Origin: Gemmatimonadales bacterium
Lineage (GTDB): Bacteria > Gemmatimonadota > Gemmatimonadetes > Gemmatimonadales > Gemmatimonadaceae
Assembly: GCA_038259155.1 (NCBI GenBank)
Contig: JBBSPE010000002.1
Coordinates: 723 to 64,722 of the forward strand
DNA: 64,000 bases
Direction of reading: 5' to 3'
The stretch's first letter is position 1. Each line of letters starts with the position of its first letter. Shown piece after piece: positions 1 to 9,657 of this stretch. A program made the position numbers and the translations under genes. The notes under the pieces are model-generated. The model saw only the letters and a list, made by a program, of their open reading frames with translations, ran no database searches and was not told where the DNA came from.

Positions 1-561
1 CATCACCTCGGCTTCGCGTGCCCAATGCTCACGCAGCGCCACCAGCTGCGCGCGCTGTGACACCGAGAGCAGCGAAAGCGCGTCGCGCCGGGCGCGCATC
101 AATGCCGTCAACCACGCCGACTCTGCGCTCGCGAGCCCGGCCATGGCCTCGTGCAGCGCCGACGACGGCGCGGCCGAGGGCGACTGTCCGGGGGAAAGCG
201 GAGGAAGCGGTGCCGCATCGCCAAGCAGATCGCTAAGCTGCGTTCGCCGTACCGCCGACTGTTCCGCATACACGACTTCTGCATCGCAGACGGTGCGCCG
301 GAGCTCCTGCAGGCCCGAGACCTGATCCTCGCCGAGGTCGAGATATCCGCTGTGATAGAGCATCACGTGCGGACCACCGAGCACGAGTTCGAGCCGCGCG
401 TCGCGCGCTGGTAATTGGGCGGCGTGTTCGTGCGATTGCGCGGCCAGCGGTACTGCAGAGGCCAGTATCACGGCGGCGAGCAACAGCGTGGACAGCCACC
501 AGCGTTGAACGGCTGAGGTCGAACGCGTGGTTTGCAGGTGAGTGGGCGCAGCACAGTGCAT
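1..561 (-). CDS. Secreted Spy/CpxP-like (LTxxQ-type) periplasmic protein, 3' end cut by window edge
   Basis: The minus-strand frame is open from ATG at 561-559 to base 1 (187 codons, no stop), so it is absent from the ORF track. The stretch RWWLSTLLLAAVILASAVPLAAQ looks like a signal peptide. LSVSQRAQLVALREHW resembles an LTxxQ repeat. The family call is weak. Confidence 0.4.
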   Translation of the reverse strand, partial: MHCAAPTHLQTTRSTSAVQRWWLSTLLLAAVILASAVPLAAQSHEHAAQLPARDARLELVLGGPHVMLYHSGYLDLGEDQVSGLQELRRTVCDAEVVYAEQSAVRRTQLSDLLGDAAPLPPLSPGQSPSAAPSSALHEAMAGLASAESAWLTALMRARRDALSLLSVSQRAQLVALREHWAREAEVM

Positions 562-743
562 GACGCAGAATCTGCACCGAAGTCGGCTGAGCGGAAGACA
601 TCGCGCATCTTCGGCATGTATTCGGCATGCATTCGGCAAGTCGCCGGCATTCCGTCAGCATGCGCTGCGCCCTAGCGAACACGCCACCGTGACCACAGCT
701 TGGAGGCGCATTCGACTCACCTTCTGAACGTCTGGAGCAATTG

Positions 744-2678
744 ATGGCGCGACCCTTCACGATCCGGCCGAGCGTGGCCGTCCTCTTTGCCGCAATGGTG
801 CTCCCGGCCCTGTCAGGCGCGCAACAGGGCACCGGCGCCGAGTGGCGCGTCTACGGCGGCGATCCGGGGCACACGCGCTACTCCACCCTCGATCAGATTG
901 ACTCGACCAACGCCGAGTCGCTCGAAGTCGCGTGGCGATGGAGCGGGCGCAATCAGGGGCCGAACCCGCTCGCCGCGAGCCAGACCACGCCAATTTTTGT
1001 GAACGGCATGCTGTACGCCACCGCCGGTATGCATCGCAGCGTCGTGGCCATCGACCCAGCGACCGGCGAGACGATCTGGACATGGCGCATAGATGAGGGT
1101 GCGCGGCTGGAGGGCGCGCCGCGCGTGAACTCCGGACGTGGTGTGTCCTACTGGTCGGACGGGAACGGCGACAATCGCATCTATGTGGTGACACCGGGCT
1201 ATCAGCTCGTCGCGCTCGATGCTGCGACCGGCCACGCAATCGAGGGCTTCGGTCGCAACGGCGTCGTGGACCTGCAGGAAAATCTCCGCACACGCGAGGG
1301 CGTGGCTCCGGATGGTTCGATTGGGGCGAGCTCGCCCGCTGCCGTCATTGGCGACGTGCTGGTCGTGGGCGCCGCACTGCACGTGGGGCTGCGTCCGCCG
1401 TCCAAGGTGAACATACCCGGCGACGTGCGGGGCTTTGACGCGCGCACCGGACGTCTGCTCTGGACGTTTCACACCATTCCGGAAGCCGGCGAGGTTGGCA
1501 ACGAGACATGGCTGGAGGGCTCGTCGGCCTACTCGGGCAACGCCGCAGTGTGGGCACAAATTTCGTGGGACGCGGAGCTTGGCTACGTCTACCTCCCCAC
1601 GGAAGCCGCGACGGGCGACTACTACGGCGGGCATCGCCCGGGCAACAATCTTTTCTCCACGAGCATCCTCACGCTCGACGCGCGCACGGGCAAACGCGTG
1701 TGGCATTTCCAGACCATCCATCACGACATCTGGGACTGGGACAACCCCAATGCGCCGATTCTCGCCGACGTGACGATCGAGGGCCGAGCGCGGCGCATCG
1801 TCGCGCAGATTACCAAGCAGGGGTTTGTGTTTGTGCTCGATCGGATCACCGGTGAACCCATCTGGCCCATTGAGGAGCGTGCGGTGCCCAAGGGCGACGC
1901 GCCCGGCGAGTGGTACAGCCCAACGCAGCCGTTTCCCACCAAACCCGCACCGTTTGAACGACAGGGTTTCAGCGAGGCGGACCTGCTCGACTTCACGCCG
2001 GAGATTTTCAGGCAGGCCAGGGAAATCGCGAGCCAGTTCCGCTGGGGACCACTCTATTCGCCACCCTCATTGCAGACCGCGGCCGACAGCACGAAGGGCA
2101 CGATCACGTTGCCGGCGGCGACGGGTGGTGCCAACTGGGAAGGTGGCGCGCTGGACCCGGAGACAGGATTTCTGTACATCCCGTCGGTGACGGCGCCGTC
2201 GTTTCTCTCGCTCGTGGCCGGCGGCACCATGTCCGACATGAACTACATCGCCGGTGGCGGCCGCGGTCAGATTGCGCCCGGTGTTCCCATTGTGAAGCCA
2301 CCTTGGGGCCGCATCACCGCAATAGATCTGAGCACCGGCGACCACGCGTGGATGGTGCCCAACGGCGACACACCACCCGCGGTAGCTGAGCGGCTCAAAC
2401 TGCCGCCGGAGAGTATTCCGAATACCGGACGCAGTTCGCGCGCGGGACTGCTGGTCACGCGCACGTTGTTGTTCGCGGGTGAGGGCACCAACGGGACCGG
2501 CAATTTCTGGGTGTTGAACAAGCGCACCGGTGCACGCATTGCGCGGTTGGACATTCCGAGCGGCACCCAGACCGGTATTCCGATGACGTACCTGCACGAG
2601 GGTCGGCAGTACGTGGTGTTCGCGACCACGGGCGCGGGGCAGCCGTCAGAGATTGTGGCCTACGCGTTGCCGCGGTGA
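744..2678 (+). CDS. Periplasmic PQQ-dependent (quinoprotein) dehydrogenase, glucose/quinate family-like
   Basis: ORF 741-2678; the ATG at 744 follows a TTG. It has a signal peptide (MARPFTIRPSVAVLFAAMVLPALSGAQQ). WRVYGGDPGHTRYSTLDQI and HHDIWDWDNPNAP are typical PQQ beta-propeller dehydrogenase motifs. Confidence 0.85.
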   Translation: MARPFTIRPSVAVLFAAMVLPALSGAQQGTGAEWRVYGGDPGHTRYSTLDQIDSTNAESLEVAWRWSGRNQGPNPLAASQTTPIFVNGMLYATAGMHRSVVAIDPATGETIWTWRIDEGARLEGAPRVNSGRGVSYWSDGNGDNRIYVVTPGYQLVALDAATGHAIEGFGRNGVVDLQENLRTREGVAPDGSIGASSPAAVIGDVLVVGAALHVGLRPPSKVNIPGDVRGFDARTGRLLWTFHTIPEAGEVGNETWLEGSSAYSGNAAVWAQISWDAELGYVYLPTEAATGDYYGGHRPGNNLFSTSILTLDARTGKRVWHFQTIHHDIWDWDNPNAPILADVTIEGRARRIVAQITKQGFVFVLDRITGEPIWPIEERAVPKGDAPGEWYSPTQPFPTKPAPFERQGFSEADLLDFTPEIFRQAREIASQFRWGPLYSPPSLQTAADSTKGTITLPAATGGANWEGGALDPETGFLYIPSVTAPSFLSLVAGGTMSDMNYIAGGGRGQIAPGVPIVKPPWGRITAIDLSTGDHAWMVPNGDTPPAVAERLKLPPESIPNTGRSSRAGLLVTRTLLFAGEGTNGTGNFWVLNKRTGARIARLDIPSGTQTGIPMTYLHEGRQYVVFATTGAGQPSEIVAYALPR

Positions 2679-3946
2679 CGACCGAGGCGCTTCCGCGCAC
2701 GGTAGGCTTCTGGGGAACCGCGCTGTTCCCCGTAAATGGCATGATCGGCTCGGGCATTTTCGCCTTGCCGGCAATCATGGTTGCCGCCGTGGGCAGTTTT
2801 GCGCCGTGGATGATGCTGTTTGGCGCGGTGCTGATTCTGCCGTTGACGCTGGTCTTCGCGATCCTTTCCACCCGGTTTGATCGCAACGGTGGGCCGGTGC
2901 TCTATACCAGCGCAGCCTTTGGCCGATTTTTCGGGTTTCAGGCGGGCTGGACGCGCTATGCGTCCGGCGTGGTCGCAGTGGCCGCGAATACGAAGGTATC
3001 GGTCGCCTATCTCACGGTCCTCTTTCCGGTCCTGAACGATCCCACGCTCAAAGCGGCCGCGGTGATCGGCTTTCTCGTGTTCACGACGATCGTGAACTTG
3101 GTAGGCATGCGCACCTCGGTTGGAACGCTCGGCGTGATGACGGCGGTGAAGATCACCCCGCTTCTCGTGCTTGTGACTGTTGGCCTTGCCACCCGCGATC
3201 CGGCGGTCGGGTTCAGTCTGCCCCGGTTCAGCGAGTTTGAGAGCGTCGTCTTGCTCACGTTCTATGCGTATATGGCGTTTGAGAACGCGACGTTTGCCGC
3301 AGGTGAAACGCGAAATCCCGCACGCAACATCCCGTTGGCACTGGTCACCTCGCTGGCCGCGGTGACGCTGCTGTACATGCTGGTGATCTGGGCCTATCTC
3401 GCCATCGCGCCAACCGTGACCGGTGACGAGAGCGCGCTTGCTGCGGCTGCAGGAAACGTGATGGGCCAGGCCGGCGTGATCGCCATTTCTCTCGCCGCTG
3501 CATTTTCCATCAGTGCCAACACCTTGGGTGCCGGTATCGCGACGCCGCGCATGACCTTCGGCATGGCCGAACTGGGCACACTGCCCCGTGCGTTCTCGCA
3601 TGTGTCCAGGCAATTCCAAACGCCGGATGTGTCGATCCTGTTCTATGGCGGCGCGGCCATCGTGTTCAGCCTGTGGGGCGGTTTTGCCGCGCTGGCTGTC
3701 GCGAGCACCTTGTCGCGCCTCGTGATGTATCTGCTGTCCTCGCTGGCATTGCCCGTGCTCGAGCACCGGGACCGCGCAAAGTCCCCATTCTGGCATCTGC
3801 CCGTTGCCGTGCTCTCGGCGCTCTCGACCTTGTGGGTGGCCAGCCACGCCAGCGCTGAGGCATTCCAGATGCTCGGCCTGATTCTGGTGGTCGGCACCGG
3901 GTTGTTCGTGCTTGCCACCCGCGGGAATCCCGTTCAGCCGAGCTGA
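2675..3946 (+). CDS. APC-superfamily amino acid/polyamine permease
   Basis: 423 aa and highly hydrophobic, with about 12 predicted TM segments. The N-terminal GTALFPVNGMIGSGIFALPA motif is typical of APC permeases. Its GTG start overlaps the upstream TGA (GTGA). Confidence 0.85.
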   Translation: MTTEALPRTVGFWGTALFPVNGMIGSGIFALPAIMVAAVGSFAPWMMLFGAVLILPLTLVFAILSTRFDRNGGPVLYTSAAFGRFFGFQAGWTRYASGVVAVAANTKVSVAYLTVLFPVLNDPTLKAAAVIGFLVFTTIVNLVGMRTSVGTLGVMTAVKITPLLVLVTVGLATRDPAVGFSLPRFSEFESVVLLTFYAYMAFENATFAAGETRNPARNIPLALVTSLAAVTLLYMLVIWAYLAIAPTVTGDESALAAAAGNVMGQAGVIAISLAAAFSISANTLGAGIATPRMTFGMAELGTLPRAFSHVSRQFQTPDVSILFYGGAAIVFSLWGGFAALAVASTLSRLVMYLLSSLALPVLEHRDRAKSPFWHLPVAVLSALSTLWVASHASAEAFQMLGLILVVGTGLFVLATRGNPVQPS

Positions 3947-4063
3947 GGCCGCACAAATCGGCAGTCGCACGCTACACGATGTGCGGCGGCGCGCGTACAG
4001 GATGACGGCGTCAGCAGTGATTCGCGTCCCCCCATTGCGGACCGCGAACGCTGGCACTAATTA

Positions 4064-4081
4064 CTGAACCATATGGTTCAG
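4064..4081. promoter_or_regulatory. Perfect 18-bp inverted repeat (CTGAACCAT|ATGGTTCAG) spanning the ArsR start codon; candidate autoregulatory operator
   Basis: The palindrome was read directly from the sequence. It is centred on the ATG at 4073 in a locally AT-rich patch. ArsR/SmtB repressors typically bind imperfect 12-2-12-type inverted repeats at their own promoters. Confidence 0.5.
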
Positions 4082-4417
4082 TTTAACACATCGCGACTTG
4101 ATACCTCGTTCGCTGCACTTTCGGACGCCACTCGACGCGGCGTCGTAGAGCAGCTCGCACGCACCGACGCGTCGATCACGGAGCTCGCCGAGCAGTTCGC
4201 TATGACGCTTACCGGCATGAAAAAGCACGTCGGCGTGTTGGAGAAAGCGGGGCTCGTCACCACGAAAAAGATCGGACGCGTACGAACCTGCCAGCTGGGG
4301 CCGCGACGATTGGAGGAAGAGACGGCGTGGCTTGAGCGGTACCGCCGGCGCTGGGACGAACGCTTTGACGAGTTGGACCGGGTAGTCGCAGAACTCACAC
4401 GGAAGGGAGACGAGTGA
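4073..4417 (+). CDS. ArsR/SmtB-family winged-helix transcriptional regulator
   Basis: 114 aa. LSDATRRGVVEQLARTDASITELAEQFAMTLTGMKKHVGVLEKAGLV is a typical ArsR helix-turn-helix region. Confidence 0.85.
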   Translation: MVQFNTSRLDTSFAALSDATRRGVVEQLARTDASITELAEQFAMTLTGMKKHVGVLEKAGLVTTKKIGRVRTCQLGPRRLEEETAWLERYRRRWDERFDELDRVVAELTRKGDE

Positions 4418-4929
4418 TGAACGCAGAAACAGAGAGTCAGCCGGGCCCCGCCAAGCCCCGCACCACGGTGGAACGGACGTCTGACCGCGAAGTCGTTGTC
4501 TCGCGCACCATCAACGGACCTGCGCGCATCGTGTTCGAGGCATTTTCCAACGCGGAGCTGTTCAGGCGCTGGTGGGTGCCCAAGTCGATGGGCATGACCC
4601 TGCTGTCCTGCGTGTTGGATGTTCGTGTCGGCGGCACGTACCGATTGGAATTCGACGTCGGCGCGCCCGAGCCGGCGGCGTTTTTCGGCACCTACGTCGA
4701 CGTAGAGCCGTACTCGCGCCTCGCGTGGTCGAATGACGAAGGCGACGAGGGCGGGTCGGTGACGACGGTTGCTTTCAAAGAGCAGGACGGCCGGACGCTG
4801 TTGGTGCTGACCGAGACGTATCCGTCCAAGGAGGCACTTGACGCTGCCGGCACCGGAGCGGCCGAGGCGATGTTCGAGACGTTTGATCAACTGGATGAGT
4901 TGCTCGTCACGCTGGATCGGAGCGCCTGA
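4417..4929 (+). CDS. SRPBCC/AHSA1 (Aha1-like) domain protein
   Basis: ARIVFEAFSNAELFRRWWVP and the overall length (about 170 aa) fit the AHSA1/SRPBCC fold family, which is commonly paired with ArsR regulators. Its start overlaps the ArsR stop. Confidence 0.8.
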   Translation: MNAETESQPGPAKPRTTVERTSDREVVVSRTINGPARIVFEAFSNAELFRRWWVPKSMGMTLLSCVLDVRVGGTYRLEFDVGAPEPAAFFGTYVDVEPYSRLAWSNDEGDEGGSVTTVAFKEQDGRTLLVLTETYPSKEALDAAGTGAAEAMFETFDQLDELLVTLDRSA

Positions 4930-5075
4930 CTGTTCTGCCCCGTTGCAGCCCTGCTGCAGTGACCGAAGCGCAACAGCTGCGAGGTATGGTGATCGATTCC
5001 GCAGGGCGAGTTTGCGCCGATGACGGCGATCGGTGATTGCGAGGCTCGGAACAGAGGAAAGCAGGAGTGACGACC

Positions 5076-5279
5076 ATGTCTTCGAGACTTGACGTCAGGC
5101 GCAGCTGGTTCGGTCTTGCAGCCGTGCTGACGCTGGTGTGCAGTGTCAGCGGGCAAGCACTTGACGGGGCTCGCTCGGCAGGCTGGACGTGGAGCGGCAC
5201 CACGCGCCGACGCATCGTACGGCTCCAGAACCAGCGCGATCACGCCAGACTGACTCGTGGAGTAGCGGCGAATCGTTGA
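5076..5279 (+). CDS. Possible small secreted protein (67 aa), hypothetical
   Basis: The ATG is preceded by AGGAG about 8 nt upstream, one of the few clear Shine-Dalgarno-like sites in the window. The N-terminus RRSWFGLAAVLTLVCSVSGQA is signal-peptide-like. I recognise no homology. Confidence 0.25.
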   Translation: MSSRLDVRRSWFGLAAVLTLVCSVSGQALDGARSAGWTWSGTTRRRIVRLQNQRDHARLTRGVAANR

Positions 5280-5388
5280 GCACCCCCATGTACCCCCTGC
5301 GAGGACAGATCAATCGCGGAGCTCACTTGTGAAAAGTGATGAACAACACCGACTCAACCAAGTCGATACACTTGCCGGGGCCCCTTCG

Positions 5389-7338
5389 ATGAACCCCGCG
5401 GCGGAATGGCTGGAGACCGACGGCCTCGGTGGGTACGCGATGGGGCGTGCCGATGCTGTGCGCACCCGTCGTTATCACGCGCTGCTGACGGTGGCTCGGA
5501 CGCCGCCGACCGAACGGTTTACGCTGGTCAGTGGCCTCGATGTCTGGATCGAGACTGCCGACGGTCAGTTTGCGCTGAGCACGCAGCAGTATCATGGTGG
5601 CATCGCATCGCCGGATGGTGTGTCGCGCTTGGTAGATTTTTCCGCCGTGCCATGGCCAACGTGGCGATATCGATTGCCGAACGGCGTTGAGGTGACTCAG
5701 GAGTTGGTGATGCGGCACGGATCACCCTTGGTGATGCTCGCGTGGCGTCTCATTCGGCCAATGGACGCGCGGTTGGTTGTGCGTCCATTCTTCGCGGTGC
5801 GTGATACGCATGCTCTGACGCACGCGAATGACGTGTTTGATTGGCGAGCGACAGTTGAGGGTTCGCGCCTCGATTGGCGACCGTACCACGGACTGCCGGC
5901 CGTCACCGCGATCACGACCGGCTCCTTCACCGCGGATCCACACTGGTATCGTGATTTTGAGTACGAGGAGGAGCGCGCCCGGGGTCTTGACTTCCTGGAG
6001 GACCTTGCCTCACCTGGAACGTTCCGGTTTGCGCTGGACGGCCACGACGCGTTGCTCGCGTTTTGCAGCAATACGGAAGGTGCGAGTGCCATCACGATCG
6101 ATGAGCCTGTCGTGCTGTGGCAAGACGTGACCCAACGCGAGCGCGAGCGGCGCGGCGCATTCGCAACGCCGCTCCACCGCGCAGCGGATGCGTTCGTCGT
6201 GCAACGCGGCGACGGTCGCTCCATTCTTGCCGGCTACCCATGGTTCACCGATTGGGGTCGAGATACCTTCATCTCGCTTCGGGGGCTCTGTCTCGCAACC
6301 GATCGCCATGATGATGCGCACGCCATTCTTCTCGAGTGGGCTCGGCACGTCAGCGCCGGCTTGCTGCCGAATCGGTTCGCCGACTTTGGCGCAGCACCCG
6401 AATACAACTCGGTTGATGCGGCGCTCTGGTATGTGGTGGCGGTTGAACTGTTTCTGCGAGCCACCGAATCAGATGGGTCGGTGACCAGTCACGAGTTGCA
6501 GACACTCGGCGATGCGGTTGGGGCGATTGTCGATGGATACCGTCGGGGGACCAGATACGGAATTCGTGAGGACGAGGATGGACTGCTGGCGGCTGGCGTG
6601 CCGGGAGTACAACTGACATGGATGGACGCAAAGGTCGGCGACTGGGTTGTCACACCGCGTATCGGCAAGCCTGTCGAAGTACAGGCGCTCTGGATCAATG
6701 CCTTGCATGTCGCGTCTCGCTGGGATGAGACGATGGCTGCGGTCGCTGAACGCGCAACCACCGTGTTTGAAAGTCGCTTCTGGAATGACGCAACCAACTG
6801 CCTGAATGACGTCATCGACGTGAACGGCACGCTCGGACAGATCGATGCCTCAGTGCGCCCGAATCAGTTGCTGGCGGTTGGAGGTTTGCCGTGGACGGTG
6901 ATCAGCGGTGCGCGGGCAGGCCTCATTGTGAATCGGGTTGAAGCGGATCTGTGGACCGATGCGGGGGTGCGCTCGTTGGCACCACACGAAGCGGAATACG
7001 TCGGGGTGTATGAGGGGGACGTTCGCCACCGTGATGGTGCATATCATCAGGGCACCGTATGGCCATGGCTCACCGGTGCGTTCGTGGACGCGTGGGTGCG
7101 GGTTCGCGGTGGTAGCACAGCCGCGAAGCGTGCGGCGGCTGGCCGGTTTCTTGCCCCGATGATCGCGCACTACGATCAGTCTGCGCCGGGCTTTGTAGGC
7201 GAGATTGCCGATGGCGATGCGCCGCACACACCGCGCGGCTGCCCATTTCAGGCATGGTCAGTGGGGGAAGCCCTCTGGTTGCAGGTGGTCGTGTTGCAGA
7301 GCGGACGCAAACAGAGTGGCCGCCCCAAGGTGAACTGA
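5389..7338 (+). CDS. Glycogen debranching enzyme (amylo-alpha-1,6-glucosidase type, GDE_N + GDE_C)
   Basis: EWLETDGLGGYAMGRADAVRTRRYHALL is the N-terminal GDE motif, and GYPWFTDWGRDTFISLRGL is the catalytic-domain motif. I prefer the start at internal Met 21 of ORF 5329-7338. Confidence 0.85.
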   Translation: MNPAAEWLETDGLGGYAMGRADAVRTRRYHALLTVARTPPTERFTLVSGLDVWIETADGQFALSTQQYHGGIASPDGVSRLVDFSAVPWPTWRYRLPNGVEVTQELVMRHGSPLVMLAWRLIRPMDARLVVRPFFAVRDTHALTHANDVFDWRATVEGSRLDWRPYHGLPAVTAITTGSFTADPHWYRDFEYEEERARGLDFLEDLASPGTFRFALDGHDALLAFCSNTEGASAITIDEPVVLWQDVTQRERERRGAFATPLHRAADAFVVQRGDGRSILAGYPWFTDWGRDTFISLRGLCLATDRHDDAHAILLEWARHVSAGLLPNRFADFGAAPEYNSVDAALWYVVAVELFLRATESDGSVTSHELQTLGDAVGAIVDGYRRGTRYGIREDEDGLLAAGVPGVQLTWMDAKVGDWVVTPRIGKPVEVQALWINALHVASRWDETMAAVAERATTVFESRFWNDATNCLNDVIDVNGTLGQIDASVRPNQLLAVGGLPWTVISGARAGLIVNRVEADLWTDAGVRSLAPHEAEYVGVYEGDVRHRDGAYHQGTVWPWLTGAFVDAWVRVRGGSTAAKRAAAGRFLAPMIAHYDQSAPGFVGEIADGDAPHTPRGCPFQAWSVGEALWLQVVVLQSGRKQSGRPKVN

Positions 7339-8099
7339 TCGAAGCAGACAGCGGGACGCGGGAGCACGGCGGGGTGACTCACGCTGGTGAGCGCCGCGCC
7401 TGCGCCATGTGCGGCGTGCTGACAGGGCGCGTGCCAGCGCGTAGCTGGTGCGTCCACATAATACACGTCGGGAAAACTCGGATTCTTCGTGCCAGTGCTG
7501 GCCCACAGCGGTCACTGCCGACGCGCTCCTTTGGCCGCGAGCGCCGCGAACTCCGCGCCGTCGCAAACTTCCGCAAACCGCACGTACGCAAGTTTTGCGT
7601 TGGCAATCGCTGATTTCCCGAGCGTTGCCTACCCTGCGCTTGCCTCGGCCGCACCAGCCGCTAGCTGCGCCTCGAGCAAGGGGTCCACCACGCCGTCCAG
7701 GTGGCTCACGAAGAAACTCGCCACTGACGCGATTTGGTCCAGCTTGCCGCCCGCGGCGGCTCGCTTCTGCAGGCCGGCCATATATGCGTCGCTTGCGGCG
7801 GCGTAGCGTTCGGGAGAAAAGATGAGCGTCACATTGACGTTGATCCCATCGGCAATCGCCGCCTCAATCGCGCCAAGGCCCTCCAGCGTAGCGGGGATCT
7901 TCACCATCAGATTGGGACGTGCCACCGTTGCCCACAGACGGCGCGCTTCAGCCAATCTGCCGGCCGTGTCGTGCGCCAGACGTGGGGAGACTTCGATGCT
8001 GACGTAACCATCCTCGCCACCCGTGCGCCCGTACACAGGGAGGAACAGGTCGGCGGACGCCTGAGCCTCACAGGGGACGTGCGTGAGAGTACGTCGCAT
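7339..8099 (-). pseudogene. tal: Transaldolase remnant (long-form type): N-terminally truncated, with two in-frame stops and a scrambled 3' end
   Basis: ORF 7629-8099 reads ...[18 protein letters not shown]...MVKIPAT...[10 protein letters not shown]...[11 protein letters not shown], which is transaldolase. The same frame continues past TAG (7629-7631) as ATLGKSAIANAKLAYVRFAEV...AKGARRQ, then TGA (7512-7514), then PLWASTGTKNPSFPDV. About the first 85-90 residues (the WLDD and TTNP regions) are absent, and the frame is closed 8 codons upstream of the ATG. Confidence 0.7.
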
Positions 8100-9657
8100 C
8101 GGTTGGAGTTGCTCCGCCCGTGCGGCTCAGCCGCTCGTTTGCGGCGAAGTGTTCAAGAATCTTGAACACGGTTTCTGCTTGACCAGGCACACCTGCGGCA
8201 GCCGCGATCTGGTTTGCCGTCTGCGGCGCCGTTGTAGCACGCAAGGCAAGGAGCACCTCCTGTTGAACGTCCAGCACCGCCGTGGCGGCCTTTTTGCCTG
8301 CTTCGACGCCTGGCTGGTGATATGCGTTCACATTCACCAACGACGCGTACAATCCAACGGCGCGCTCGTACAGGGCGATCAGCGCACCCACCGAGCGCGG
8401 GCTGACATCCGGCAAGGTCAGAGTGATGGATTCACGCGCATTCTGGTGCAGCGCTTCGCGTGTGCCAAGCATGAAGCCCAGCAGGTAGTCGCCGGATGTC
8501 ACATTCGGTTCAACCTGCAACGGCGGGCCGTCCTGATCCGTGAGCACTTCGACAAAGGTCACAAAGAAGTTGTGCACGCCGTCGCGAAGCTGTTGCACGT
8601 AGGCATGTTGATCGGTCGACCCCTTGTTGCCGTAGACGGCGATTCCCTGATGCACGATAGCGCCCGACAGATCGCGTTCCTTTCCAATCGACTCCATGAC
8701 CAGCTGCTGCAGGTATCGTGAAAAGAGCAACAGACGATCTTTGTATGGCAGCACCACCATATCTTTTGCGCCGCGACCATTGCCCGCGTGATGCCACATG
8801 AGCGCGAGCAGCGCCGCGGGGTTGCTCGCGACCGTGGTTTGCCGCGTGGCCACGTCCATTGCGCGGGCCCCATCAATCAGCGCATCGATCTCAATGCCCT
8901 GGAGCGCGGCCGGCAGCAAGCCAACGGCGGAGAACAAAGAAGTTCGTCCGCCAACCCAATCCCACATCGGGAACACGTCGAGCCAGCTGCCTGCCGTCGC
9001 AGTCTTGTGCAGCTCGCTGCCCTCACCGGTGACCGCCACCGCGTGCGGTGCGAAACGCAGACCAGCTTTTTGATACGCAGCGCTGGCCACGAGCATGCCG
9101 TTGCGCGTCTCTTTGGTCCCTCCTGATTTGGAGATCACGAGCGTGAGCGTGTTGGCCAGTCGGTCACCGAGGCGCGCAATCACGCGCGCCATGCCATCGG
9201 GGTCAGTATTGTCGAAAAAATGTGGTTGGAGCCGGTCGGCGTGGGTACCCAGCGCGTCGGCAATAAACTGCGGTCCCAACGCCGATCCACCGATTCCGAT
9301 CACCAGCAGTTGCTCGAAGCGCCCACCACGTTCAGGGCAGATCCTCCCGCCATGCACCGCCGCAACGAACTGGTGAATGCGTTGCTGGGTGCTGATGATC
9401 ACGTCAGCCAGCGCTGGCTCCGGAGCCAGTTCGGGAGCACGCAGCCAGTAGTGGCCCACCATGCGTCCTTCATCAGGGTTTGCGATGGAGCCGCCCTCGA
9501 GTGCCTGCATGTCAGCAAATGCGTTGGCCATGGGCGTGGCCATGCGATCCAGAAAGCCGTCGTCGAATCGCATGCGCGAGATGTCGAGCGAGATGCCAAG
9601 CGATTCGATCACGCAGAGATGCGCCCGGTAGCGCTCCCAAAGTTGGAAAGAGTTCAT
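8068..9657 (-). CDS. pgi: Glucose-6-phosphate isomerase
   Basis: 529 aa counted from [26 protein letters not shown] and [14 protein letters not shown] are typical PGI motifs. Its ATG overlaps the upstream tkt stop (ATGA). The 100 extra N-terminal codons in the ORF track are antisense or out-of-frame noise over tkt. Confidence 0.9.
   Translation of the reverse strand: MNSFQLWERYRAHLCVIESLGISLDISRMRFDDGFLDRMATPMANAFADMQALEGGSIANPDEGRMVGHYWLRAPELAPEPALADVIISTQQRIHQFVAAVHGGRICPERGGRFEQLLVIGIGGSALGPQFIADALGTHADRLQPHFFDNTDPDGMARVIARLGDRLANTLTLVISKSGGTKETRNGMLVASAAYQKAGLRFAPHAVAVTGEGSELHKTATAGSWLDVFPMWDWVGGRTSLFSAVGLLPAALQGIEIDALIDGARAMDVATRQTTVASNPAALLALMWHHAGNGRGAKDMVVLPYKDRLLLFSRYLQQLVMESIGKERDLSGAIVHQGIAVYGNKGSTDQHAYVQQLRDGVHNFFVTFVEVLTDQDGPPLQVEPNVTSGDYLLGFMLGTREALHQNARESITLTLPDVSPRSVGALIALYERAVGLYASLVNVNAYHQPGVEAGKKAATAVLDVQQEVLLALRATTAPQTANQIAAAAGVPGQAETVFKILEHFAANERLSRTGGATPTDATYSHARPL

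Noticed and set aside
233-832. The 199-aa minus-strand ORF spanning the first intergenic region could be a gene.
   Set aside because: It is Arg/Ala/Cys-rich with no motifs. It overlaps the start of the PQQ dehydrogenase gene and is out of frame with the better-supported signal-peptide ORF 1-561.
7629-9657. pgi plus tal could be a bifunctional transaldolase/phosphoglucose isomerase fusion.
   Set aside because: Known fusions have Tal at the N-terminus and Pgi at the C-terminus. Here pgi comes first and ends at its own TGA. The tal frame is closed 8 codons upstream of its ATG and lacks the N-terminal third of the enzyme.
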